In this document: positions 1 through 11,000 of the stretch, one piece after another
Numbering within the stretch: position 1 is the stretch's first letter
How the letters are laid out: each line of letters begins with the position of its first letter
Source: Eledone cirrhosa
Lineage: Eukaryota
Direction: 5' to 3'
NCBI GenBank assembly: GCA_964016885.1
Contig: OZ024740.1
Location: 354,144,001-354,208,000, forward strand
DNA: 64,000 nt
Made by a program: the position numbers and the translations under genes
The notes under the pieces: generated by a model
The model's input: the letters and a program-made list of their open reading frames with translations, nothing else
What the model was told of the DNA's origin: nothing
Database searches by the model: none

Positions 1-48
1 CGACCCCGTAAGGATGAAAGGCAAAGTTAACCTCGGCGGGATTTGAAA
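1..48 (-). mobile_element. SINE family A fragment (Nin-domain-like)
   Basis: Reverse complement of ttcaaatcccgccgaggttaactttgcctttcatccttacggggtcg, seen in many copies in this window. Confidence 0.75.
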
Positions 49-887
49 TGATCAGTCATTTATTACATATCTCACAATGCTTCATATTAACTATACTACA
101 ATAAATTCAGATTATATAACATTTAGTATAATACAAATTTATAGGAGAGAAAGATATGGTTGTAGGCCTTTCTCAAGTGTTAAAGAAATATGATTAGATT
201 TCATTCCGAAAAGAAACTAGATTTACTCTTATAACATTCCCCGAAGATCTTACATAATATTGATGTCTCGCTTTGACATAAAGTTAATGTTTCTAAAGAA
301 AAGGGATATAGTTGATAGAATCGATTTCAGTATATTACTGATCTTTAGTTTATTGATCCATGATGGGATGAAAGACAAAAATCTACCTCGATCATATTTC
401 AACTCAGAATATAGTGAACTAAAACTAAACACTACTAGATACTTAAGACAACATGGCAGTCTAGCATTTCTGCCACATTAGACAGTTTACAGTAGCAACA
501 ATGCTCTATAAAATGCACACAAGTCAGGCACATCAAATCTTAGAGTAATCTGGTCATTGCCGTATGAAAGATGCTCTTTTATGAGGATTAGTATATTCTT
601 ATCTGTACACAAGCACTTAAAATTTGATGCCAAGAACCACATTAGACAGAAACTTTCTACATTTGACTCTCAAAATAAGGAACAAACTTCCAGAAGCCAT
701 TTCAGCAAAAAGGATAAGACTTTCAAATCCCTTGTTACTCTCATCGTTAAAAATGCAGTGAAGTTGCGATTGGTTTATTTGAAACTTATTTCAACGAAAA
801 TATTCACCAAATACTATTGTTCACAAATGCATGTAATATAAAAAAAAATACCTGAAAGAAATAATAATTCTTTCAAATATTGGCACT

Positions 888-1632
888 CATCATCATCACC
901 GTTTTACGTCCGTTCTTCCACGCTAGCATGGGTTAGACGGGTTGTCCTGTTGTGGGCAGTGTCTGGTCGGCTGACCATGCCTTGCTCATACAGGAACTGA
1001 TTTGGCTTGATTTCTACAGCTGGATGCCCTTCCTAACACCAACCTCATTTACAGTGTGGGCTGGGTGCTTTTTCGTGGCGCCTACACGTCCACTTTACAG
1101 TGTGGGCTGGGTGCTTTTTTGCCGTGGCACCTCCACGACCACCTTGCGGTGGGGGGTGTGGGGGCATACTGTCTATATGCTTCAGCTTGTACCCATGGGA
1201 GGTCGGGTACTCTGTATTACTGCGTGACGCCAGAGGTCACAGTCGTGTGTCATTGCCTTTAAGAGGTGTAATTGGGTAAGGTCGGCTTTTATCACCTCAT
1301 CCCAGGTCATCTTGGGTCTCCCCACTCCGCGGTTTCCATCGACTTCTAGTGCTCTGCACCTTTTTATGCAGCTGTCATCCTTTATACGCATTACATGTCC
1401 ATACCAGCGCAGCCGCCTCTCCTGCACACAGCATTTGATTCCTCTTATGCTCAGTCTCTCTCTCAATTCATTTATGCTTTGTCGTTCACGTATATTACTG
1501 TTACACATCCATCGGAGCATGCAGGCTTCGTTTCTCTCTAATCTACGTAAGTCTTCCACCTTCAGCGCCCAGGTCTCACTACCATGCAACATTGCTGTTC
1601 GGATACATGCATCATACAGTCTGCCTTTCATT
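888..1632 (-). mobile_element. RTE LINE, 5'-truncated 3' end
   Basis: MLHGSETW...RRLRWYGHVMR...GRPKMTW C-terminus, long 3' UTR, (ATG)n tail. Confidence 0.9.
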
Positions 1633-1633
1633 C

Positions 1634-1830
1634 TGGCACTAGGCCAGCAATTTGAGGGAAGAGGAAAGTCAATTACATCGACCCCAGTACTTAACAGGTA
1701 CTTTATCATAGATCCTAGAAGAATGAAAGGCAAAGCAGACCTCGGTGAGATTTGAACTTAGAACATAAAGATCTAGAACAAATACTGTTAAGCATTTGTC
1801 CGACATTTTAACGACTCTGCCAATCCACCG
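1634..1830 (-). mobile_element. SINE family A copy (others at about 2011-2130, 7400-7600, 50520-50670, 62835-62965)
   Basis: tRNA-like head with B-box gttcaaat, plus the tttgcctttcatcc..gataaa..gtaccag core. Confidence 0.75.
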
Positions 1831-1854
1831 CACTCCTTAAAGAAATAATAATAT

Positions 1855-2222
1855 TAACCCTTTTGATAATCAACCCGCCCCAAACCATCTCTGGTTTTAT
1901 GAAATGTAAATTCATCCATTTTAAAGGTTTTCTATTTAAGTTAAAATCTTCCTACATAATTTTATATAAAAACCATGTTAAGTCACTATCTTAGTAATGA
2001 TATAATAAATAATTGTTTCTACTATTGGCACAAGGCCAGCAATTACCCAGTACATTGCTGGTACTTTATTTTATCGACCCCGTAAGGATGAAAGGCAAAG
2101 TTAACCTCGGCAAGATTTGAACTCAGAATGGCAAATAAATAATGTTAGTAAAACCTTCTAAATTCTTCATTAATTAATTGAAATAGAGTGTATTTCATTA
2201 GAAATATGGTTAAAAAGGTTAA
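1855..2222. mobile_element. TTAA-flanked MITE family 1 with a nested SINE (related pieces at about 2557-2798, 3280-3461, 6300-6456, 8620-9232)
   Basis: ttaaccctttt...aaaggttaa termini and shared internal sequence among copies. Confidence 0.55.
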
Positions 2223-2299
2223 TAATATGAATGATGACATCACTACATATATTTGGATATGAAAATAAAATATTTATACGAACATATTAAAATACTTAC

Positions 2300-2336
2300 C
2301 TGCTTAAAAATGTACGGAGGCCACATTGAGTTAATA
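2300..2336 (-). CDS. Putative second exon of the same gene (VLTQCGLRTFLS-)
   Basis: ttttacag|TATTAACTC...AAGCAG|gtaagt, strong splice sites, open in the joined frame. Confidence 0.55.
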
Positions 2337-3128
2337 CTGTAAAAATATACAGAAGTAAAAACTTGAAAATAATTCAAAGATATAACAAAATGACAAAAAG
2401 CATTCACACACATCAGTGGAAAATAATTTTAACATACACTATTAATGTAGTTTATTAAAAATTTCTTTTTTATATCATTTTATCCTAACCATTCTGCATA
2501 CAGCATCATTAGTATGAACTCCATAATCAAAGGTTCAATACTTGAGAATATTGATTTTAATCCTTTCAATACCAAACCACTTGAAACTGACCCATGTTCT
2601 GATAGAAGATTGTTTATTTTAAAGTGATTATATTTATCTAAAATTCTCCCATCATAATTTTGTATAAGAACCTTTATGTTCCAAACACTACCTTCATAAT
2701 GAGGAAATTAGTGTTTTTATGAAATCTCTCTAAATTCTTGAGTATTTTCAAAATTATAGGCAGTTCTTTCATTAAAAATATGTTAATGAAAGAGTTAAGT
2801 GGTATCTTTTAAGTGAAATCAGCCTAGCAGAATCTATCTATCTCTTTTCCTAAGCGACATTCACAGGAGGATTGGAACTCCTCGTAGACTTATGATACAC
2901 TTGTGAACTACACAATGCTCCAACTATTACAATAGTGAAGTGTACCTCCTATACTGCCAATTTACAGCGAACTGAACTGGACTGTTGAAAGTTGTCTTTG
3001 CTATGGACATGCCCTGATGAACTACTGACCATACAACTGATTGTACTGCACTCAGTTGAAAATGTTGTCTAATTGCTAACAATATACCAAATTACCCATG
3101 GTTCTTTGATACAAAACCTTCTTTTTCT

Positions 3129-3275
3129 TTGCCCACTTATTTCTGGGAGGGTCATAGGAGCAGAGTCCACAGATACGCCTTCCAGAGGGTCAAAATCAAC
3201 TGTCTCCGCTTAATCTGGTTGTATCCCCAAGTGAGACCAACTAAGCTCATGGATGTTATCCAATCGTCTTGCATG
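3129..3275 (-). mobile_element. RTE (Rex3/Expander-like) 3' remnant; longer relative at 49625-50010
   Basis: Homologous to 49645-49760, which follows VEPLLLRFERSQLQYYGHVVRM. Confidence 0.6.
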
Positions 3276-4221
3276 TTTATTTTTCTTTATTTAAAAATCT
3301 TCCATCAAAATCGTATTTAAAAACTTTAGTTCTAAACACCAACTTAATAATGTGAAAGTTAGTTATTTTACTAAATCTCATCAAATTCTTACAATTGTTT
3401 ACAATTTTACGAAACGCATAGAAAGTGTATTTCATTTGAAAATCGGTAACAAAGGGGTTAAATGTGGCCAAAACATTATTTCATTTGAAGGACTATCATT
3501 GAAGCAGTTTGTGGTATCACTAAAAGGTTGGAGTTGGATAAACTCACAGTAGCTGCAGTCAAGTGATTGACAAAAACACTCTTCCTTTACTCACAACTAT
3601 AATGGGACCACAGCTCAAATACAATAACTTTGTCTGTGACCACATTCCAAATAACCATATTATCCAGGTATCATGACGACTGCTAAAAAGGTAGCCAAAT
3701 ATCCCGTAATCATTTCAAAAAGGAATGAGAAACTCGAAAATAAAATACAAGATATAGTATGTATACATTGGTAAATACAGACACATAAATAGTTAATGTG
3801 GTGTGGTAAATAAATATATATACACTATGTATGTAAACTATAAAGACAGCTGGTCCGTCTTTGATCAAATGATAGCTCGATTAAGGGTTCATTTTTTTAT
3901 GGTGCAAGTCAGAGGGGTGGAACTACACGCATGACCATTGCAAGCTATGCTAGATTTGTAATGCAGATGAAGTTGATGAATGAACAGCTATAAGTCGACG
4001 TCTATAGGAAAAAAATAGACAAAAAGGGTATTTGACATTCTAGGATGGACGAATTGGACCCAGGCGTGGAGAAGCTAAATAGTTCTAAGGAGTAGAGGCC
4101 GTTGCAGTAAACGTATAAGTGGAGTGAGGAGACAGTTGAATAAAGGCTGGAATGTGTTAGTGAGGAAATCAGTATTTATTCGTTTTAGCGTGGAATTTCA
4201 TGTCATCAACAAGGAACCATT

Positions 4222-4342
4222 AATACAACTGATTCTAGTAACAGGAGTCGACTAACAAAGGGGGTTAACGAGTCGAAGATAAATACAACTTATTCTAGTA
4301 ACAGGAGTCGACTAACAATGGGGGTTAACGAGTCGAAGATAA
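4222..4342. repeat. 60-bp tandem duplication
   Basis: aatacaact(g/t)attctagtaacaggagtcgactaacaa(a/t)gggggttaacgagtcgaagataa twice. Confidence 0.9.
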
Positions 4343-4649
4343 CTAGCCAATTCAAGAATAGACTTCATGAATATTGGAAGAACCTTAAATTCGATACTCC
4401 TTTCTAATATTCATAATCGGCAGAATACGACGATTTTAACAGACTTTACCTATCGTTTTGTTTACTGTCCCAACACATGTTCTTGAGGTAGGTATTACGA
4501 ACTCAAATGAGAGACATAAATACTTATCAACTCACTTTCAAAAATAAAAGTAAAAAGAAATAGAAAACTACATACACTCAAATTTAAATACTGCAGAATT
4601 TACAATTTAAAAACTAAATAAAGCAAATTAACACCAACAATAACCTTAC

Positions 4650-4668
4650 CAAGCTGTGTATACGCCAT
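4650..4668 (-). CDS. Putative first coding exon of an unidentified gene (MAYTQL)
   Basis: ATGGCGTATACACAGCTTG|gtaagg; phase matches the exon at 2300-2336. Confidence 0.5.
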
Positions 4669-4859
4669 GTTCACCTCTGACAAGTTGAAAAGGCTTTAGT
4701 TTCGTATCTCCACTTGTTGGTGGGGGGGGGGTAAACTTTTTAATTTTATTTAACCATATCAAACAAAATTCCTATATTAATTATTCTGTAATTATTTATA
4801 TTGGACGTATCACAATCTCGCTAATTATCTTTTTAATAATGTTCTGATATACAAACTCT

Positions 4860-5230
4860 TTCACACAGGGTTTTTATACGTAGCAGTGGCGACTTCTGGT
4901 GTCCTTGGCCCCAGCACCACCTCCCAACTCATGACCATCGGCACAAAGTTATCTACCCAGAGGTATGATCTTCGCGAGCTGGAATGGCTCTTCCAGCACA
5001 TCCCACTCACCACCCTCCGGGGAAATGCCTTCTCTATTCTGCCCGCCAGGGCCGCCAGCCCATGGGCCCCTATTTGCTCATAGTAGTGAGAGACAGAGGC
5101 AGTAACAGTTTGGTTCTATTGTGTTCGGACCTGGTGTGTATGTATATATTTATTTACCACAGGATTAAACGTATATTTATACAACTGTGAATAAAATTTG
5201 TAACGTATGTAATTGAATTTAAAAAAAAAA
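4860..5230 (+). mobile_element. CRE-like (RLE-type) non-LTR retrotransposon 3' remnant
   Basis: VATSGVLGP...ELEWLFQHIPLTTLRGNAFSIL, followed by AATAAA and an A-tract. Confidence 0.65.
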
Positions 5231-5329
5231 CATTTTACGTCACACGTAGCTTTTGTTGGTGTTCTGTTCAATTAAGGCAAGTAAACTTCATTTATAAAGA
5301 GAAATAAGCATAAAGAACCAAAACACATA

Positions 5330-5975
5330 TATCTAAGAATTTTGAGCTATTAAGCGGGCAATAGCTCGGGTAAATATCCCCTCAGTTCTGAAGCCGGCTG
5401 GATTATCCAGAATTGATGGGAAGAGACCCTTTATCCCCCTGGATAAGAGGCAGATGTCTCATCTGGAACGCCAGTCTGTGATTCTTTTGCTCCCTCCCAC
5501 ACCATGAATACCACGGTAAACGTGGGGTTACTGCTTCTGTTACTGAACGGAATAAAATTCGAAAATACGAATATTTTTTCCATCCTGTGGGATTCAAGAC
5601 GTTTGATGGATTTAGGCCACTAACAGCGAAGTCCTTGTCATCGTTGACGGCTTGCCTTACCGAGGTGTCAGATGATGCCCGTGAGGGTGCCTGGTTGTTT
5701 CAGCGCCTTAGCTTCACCATCACTCACGGTAATGCTGCAAGCATTACCGATCCGCGGCCGATTATCGCACTTGGTGGTGAATTGATGGTCGTTTTTTTTT
5801 TTTTTCTTTTTTTCTTTCTGTCGCTCTGGTTGTATATTTTGGTGTGTTATATTTGTAAGGTTCCTAACAATAGTTGATTGTATTTATTATGTGTGTTTCT
5901 ATTTTCATTCTGAAAGAATTGCGAATAATTTGTAATGTTATTTATACGACTGTGAATAAAAATGTAAAACTAATA
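5330..5975 (+). mobile_element. CRE-like retrotransposon 3' remnant
   Basis: GLSRIDGKRP and GFKTFDGF...EGAWLFQRLSFTITHGNAASI; same 3' UTR end (ctgtgaataaaa) as the 4860-5230 copy. Confidence 0.7.
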
Positions 5976-5984
5976 TGGACTAGT

Positions 5985-6305
5985 TCAAACAGCGGGGTGG
6001 ATGAAGCTCTTCTACGATGGAGAGAACTGACAGGGTGGAGGACAAACGGAGAGAGGGAGTTTGGAACAACATACATTCGAAGGCCACTTTTGACTCTCTC
6101 TTCGACCATTCAGATCAGTTCTCAATGTGCTGCCTACAGTCTGCTAGTGTCAAATATTCAGGCCTTCATGGTCTATCTTGACGTCTGAATGCCAGTTGCT
6201 TCGCTAGTCAATGAACTAAACCTAATCATCAAGAGGGCTTTGGCTCGGACAAACATCCCCTCAATTTTGGAACCGTCTGGATTGTCCAGAATTGATGGAA
6301 AAACT
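5985..6305 (+). mobile_element. CRE-like retrotransposon internal remnant
   Basis: LNLIIKRALARTNIPSILEPSGLSRIDGK near 6215-6303. Confidence 0.6.
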
Positions 6306-7939
6306 TCCTATAGTAATTTTATGTAAGAACTTTTGTTATGTTCCAAACAGTCTAATAATGAGAAAATTACTTACATTGATACTCTCTCTAAATTTTTGAT
6401 TATTTGAAAATCATAAGCAGTGTCTTTCATTAGAAATATGGTAATGAAAGTGTTAATCTATTTTGTTTTTTACCTTTTAATATTTATATTTAGTGGAAGG
6501 AGGATGAGGCAGTGTCCACAGGTTCTCTCTGATTCGTGAGACTGATGTGGTTGATGCTCAATTTGACCACCTGTAGGATATGTCTGTGGGCAGTTTGTGT
6601 TCCAGAGGATTATAATTCTGGATAGAAAGAGTTAAACAAGCCATTTTAATGCTGGATAGGCAGGTGATTTGGCAAATTTATACTGAATCTTTGCTCACCC
6701 CAAACTCAAATCCCACAGGCCCACTTTGGTTTCATTTTTTCAAGGTTAATAAAGACAGTTCCAGCCCAGTGTTGGTACAACCCTTTCTCCTTCCAGCTGT
6801 CACACTCTGGATGTTCCAGTAAATTAAAGGAGTGAGTGTTGAGGTGTTTGTGACTGCTTGCAACTGCATGGGCACTTAAAACCCTTAACGAAAACACGGT
6901 AGTCAATTGTGAGTGACACCCATCATGAGAGAGTAGCTTGCTAGCTCAAAGAGAGCAGAAATTTTAAAAATAATAGAAAGGGTAGAAAGAGAAATGAAAA
7001 TATCCTACAAATTTACTAACTGAAATGTCATATCAGTAAAAAAAAAATGAGGTGGGTAGGTGGTAGTAGAGGGGAGATCAAATGAAAAGCTTAACGAAAA
7101 ATTATTTAATATACAATTTTTTTATTATCCTTTTCACGGAAAATCACATTCTTTTAAATTGACATAAAGGCTTGAAGATATGTGAGAGGAGAAACATGAA
7201 AATACAACATTGATGTCATTCAGTTGATTTGTGGTTCAGGCCATGCTGGAGCATAGACTCTTTCCACAAGAATAAGAGAAATCAGTCAATCAGTTCAGAA
7301 TAGGAAAGCAGCAGATCAGAGACATGATTTGGCAAGTACTTACTTCCACATCATTCAACAAAGAAAAGGCAGGGAGAAAAATAATATTGATTTTTAATTT
7401 AGGCACAATGCCAGAAAATTTGCAGGAAGGGCAATGTTGGCTAAATCAATCCCCAGTACTTGACTGGTACTTTATTTTATCAACCACAGAAGAATGAAAG
7501 GCAAAGTTGACCTTGGCAGGATTTGAACACAGACTGTAAAGAGCCAGAATAAAAACTGCAATGGAATTTTATCTGATGCTCTACCAACTCTGCCAATCCA
7601 GCACCCTTGGGAAGCAAAATAATATTTTAAAAAATAACTGAGAACAGGAAAACGGCATAAAATTAGCATAAGGTAGGAAAAAGTTAAATGTAAGGAAAAA
7701 AAGATTTCCAATGAAAGAAACAGTTCTTATATCTCTTTCTAATATCAATAAGCAAATTGAAATGTCATGTAAACAGCTTTTTTAGTATTTGCTTAACAAA
7801 GCTTCAAAATATGAAAAAGAAAATAATAAATGTAATATTCTATTTTTTAATTATTATGTTTACTATTTCTGTGTGTTTTGTTTCAACTTGTTTGTTATTT
7901 TATTAAACTAGTTTCTTCCTTCATCAATTTGAGTATCTT

Positions 7940-8041
7940 TCACTGAATCATCTTGCCCATCTTATTTAAGGTATTTACCTTGTGATCAGTTGGATTAGCT
8001 CGAGCTTCATAATTACATATAGTTACTCCATGGCGTTTCAT
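7940..8041 (-). CDS. PITHD1: PITHD1 exon 6 (coding part)
   Basis: ttcag|ATGAAACGC...CAGTGA, encodes MKRHGVTICNYEARANPTDHKVNTLNKMGKMIQ*. Confidence 0.93.
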   Translation of the reverse strand: MKRHGVTICNYEARANPTDHKVNTLNKMGKMIQ

Positions 8042-11000
8042 CTGAAATGAGAAAATTTTAACACATTTTAAGTACACTTCACTACTGGTACATACTATGA
8101 AATAGTTGGCATTTGGAAGGGCCTCCAGCCATAGAAACCATGTCAGAATGGAACATATGAACGAGACAGTCATCTGACCAGTCTAGCCTCAGATCTTCAC
8201 ACTCTGTCTAACCAAAGTAAGCATGAAAAATAGACATAAACTGGTGATAATGTTGATGATGACTCTCTCTCTCTCCACACAACACACCATTTTAATTAGG
8301 TATTAGTTAATAAAAATATAACTTCAGTTACTAATACCAGTACAGATAATATTCCATGTGTTGTCAGATGACACTGTGGGAGAAAAGACCCACAAATTAT
8401 AATCCTTCTGAAGTTAACTTCCATTCTTCTAGATAGATGAAAATAAGTACCAGTTAAGTACTGGAGGAGAAGGGAACAAGAGAGTCTATGAAACTGATAA
8501 CATACTGTTAGGATCATGAAAAGTGAATGGAAGCTGTGCTGGAGAATACTCGTCCAACCCATGCAATCATGGAAAACAGACATAGAAATTATGATGATTA
8601 AAAATTAATTGTAATAATCTGTTTGATCAACCAAATAATGTAACAATTTTCTCATTATAAAGTCGGTGTTTGGAATATACCTTAAAGGTTCTTACATAAA
8701 ATTATGATGGAAAGTTTTTAGATAAATATAAGTGAAGGCACATGGCTTAGTGGTTAGAGCATTGGGCTTACAATTGAAAGTTGTGAGTTCAATTCTCAGA
8801 CCGGGTGATGTGTTGTTTCCTTGAGCAAGACACTTTATTTTCACATTGCTCCAGTTTACTCAGCTGTAGAAATGAGATGATAGGACTGGGGTCCCTATCG
8901 TTTCACTGCAAAGTGGTCGTGGAGGTGCCACGGAAAAAAGCACCCAGCACTCGCTGTAAAGTGGACGTGTAGGCGCCACGGAAAAAAGCACCCAGCACTC
9001 ACTGTAAATGAGGTTGGTGTTAGGAAGGGCATCCAGCTGTAGAAATCAAGCCAGAATTAGTTCCTGTATGAGCAAGACATGGTCAGCCGACCGGATACTG
9101 CCCAAGTTCCACCCTTGCAAGCAGGGAAAAGCGGACGTAAAGTGAAATGAAATGAAATAAGCACTTTCAAACAATCAGTTTTGTATCAGAGAACCAAAAG
9201 CAATTTCACAGTTTGGTATCAAATGGGTTAATATATTAATCATGGAAGGATCAAAATATAAATAATATAGAGCTAGTTCTATGTATGTTTTTCCATGGGT
9301 TGGATAAAGCCCAGAGCTTATCCTGGTTTTATGAGCGTTCAGCAACTTAAAGGCTAACCCCTAGATGCAGTTGCTACTCATTTTCAGCTAACTGAACTGG
9401 AGCAAAATGAAAAGAAGTGCCTTGCTCGAAGATACAATGTGTCACCCAGTCCAAAAATGAAACCCATGCCCACAGGATCATGAACACAAAACCCTAACCT
9501 CTATGCCACATACACTGTCACTATAATATATTTTAAATCATTGCTCTATGCTTTCAGCCAACTGACCATATTTTAGAGGTAATTTCTTTAGACTGGGTAA
9601 AAAAGGTTATTATTATAAAGGACATTTTGCCTCAACCCAAGTGTATTAGTTAGTATTCATATTATTGATCCTCGCAAGAATGAATGGAAAAATTTTAATC
9701 ATGGTGTGATATAACTAAATCATCTTCACCATCATAATTTTTACATCCATTTTTCAATGATTGCATCATGGATTAAATGAGATCTTTTCAGATAAGTCTT
9801 TTTCTCCAGCTGGATGCCCTTCCTGGTGTCAACCAATTATATATATCATCATTTAACCCTTTAGCATTTACATTACTTTAAACGATGATGATGATTACTG
9901 TTATATTTTCATGGTAAAGATTTTACCTCACATAATTATCATACACAATATGGAATCTACAAGATTTTGATGATGTTACTATTTATTTTGAGAACAATAT
10001 ATTAATATCAGTATGAGTGGCTGGTTTGAACAGAAAGAAGTGAGAGAATTCTGACCGGAAATGGCCAGTTTAAATGCTAAAGGGTTATTGTCCATTTTCC
10101 TTGATGATGATGTTACACACACACACATATATATATATATAAAGCTTGCAGTGACCAACCTTAAAAAAACTAAACCTCACAACAGAAATGACTAAAGACT
10201 GCAAGGCTTGGCGTTATGCAATGCTGATAAAGACTCAACTTACAAAAACAGACTTCATAACCACACAGCTAACACACTATGCCTGCACCTATGTAATATT
10301 AGATATTTAGTCACAGTGCCACTTCTACCCAATTTCCTGCCATCTCTTAACCCTTTAGCATTTACATTATTCTATATCTACTATTATATTTTCACAGTAA
10401 AGGCTTTACCTCACATAATATCGAATCTATTAGATGTTGATATTATTTATTTTGAGGACAATACCTTAACATTAGTATGAGCAGCCAGTTTGAACAGAGA
10501 GAATTCTGGCCAATTTAAATGCTAAAGGGTTAACATTAAAAAAAGGTTCTAGAATAGATCTGCTTTCAATGTTTGCTATGAACTTACACTAGTGAAATCT
10601 CCTCGAAGTCCAATATAATGTACTCTCGTTGTTTCAGCACCAAAATTAGAAGGAAAATATATTGTGAGGTGTTCTACTTGGTTAAATCGAGCCACTCTAG
10701 AAAATAAAAAACAAAACAAATATCATTCAGTTTTTGGTTAACTTACAAGGCATTGGGAAACTTGTAAATATGGATGTCACAATGTGGATAACTATAATAA
10801 TAGTTGATAAATATAAATAATAGTTGAATAAATCAGGTAGAGTACCCCTGGAGACAGGAATAAAATGAGTAGAGATACCTGTGGGAAATTGAACCCTATA
10901 TCTCTTTACTATTTATAGTTATCAACTATTATTTATGATTATATTTTAAAATTAATGTATGAAACATAGAGAGATACATTTCAATCCTTAATAACTCAAT

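Noticed and set aside
8735-8800. tRNA gene
   Set aside because: A and B boxes are present, but there is no acceptor stem and the sequence continues into a SINE body.
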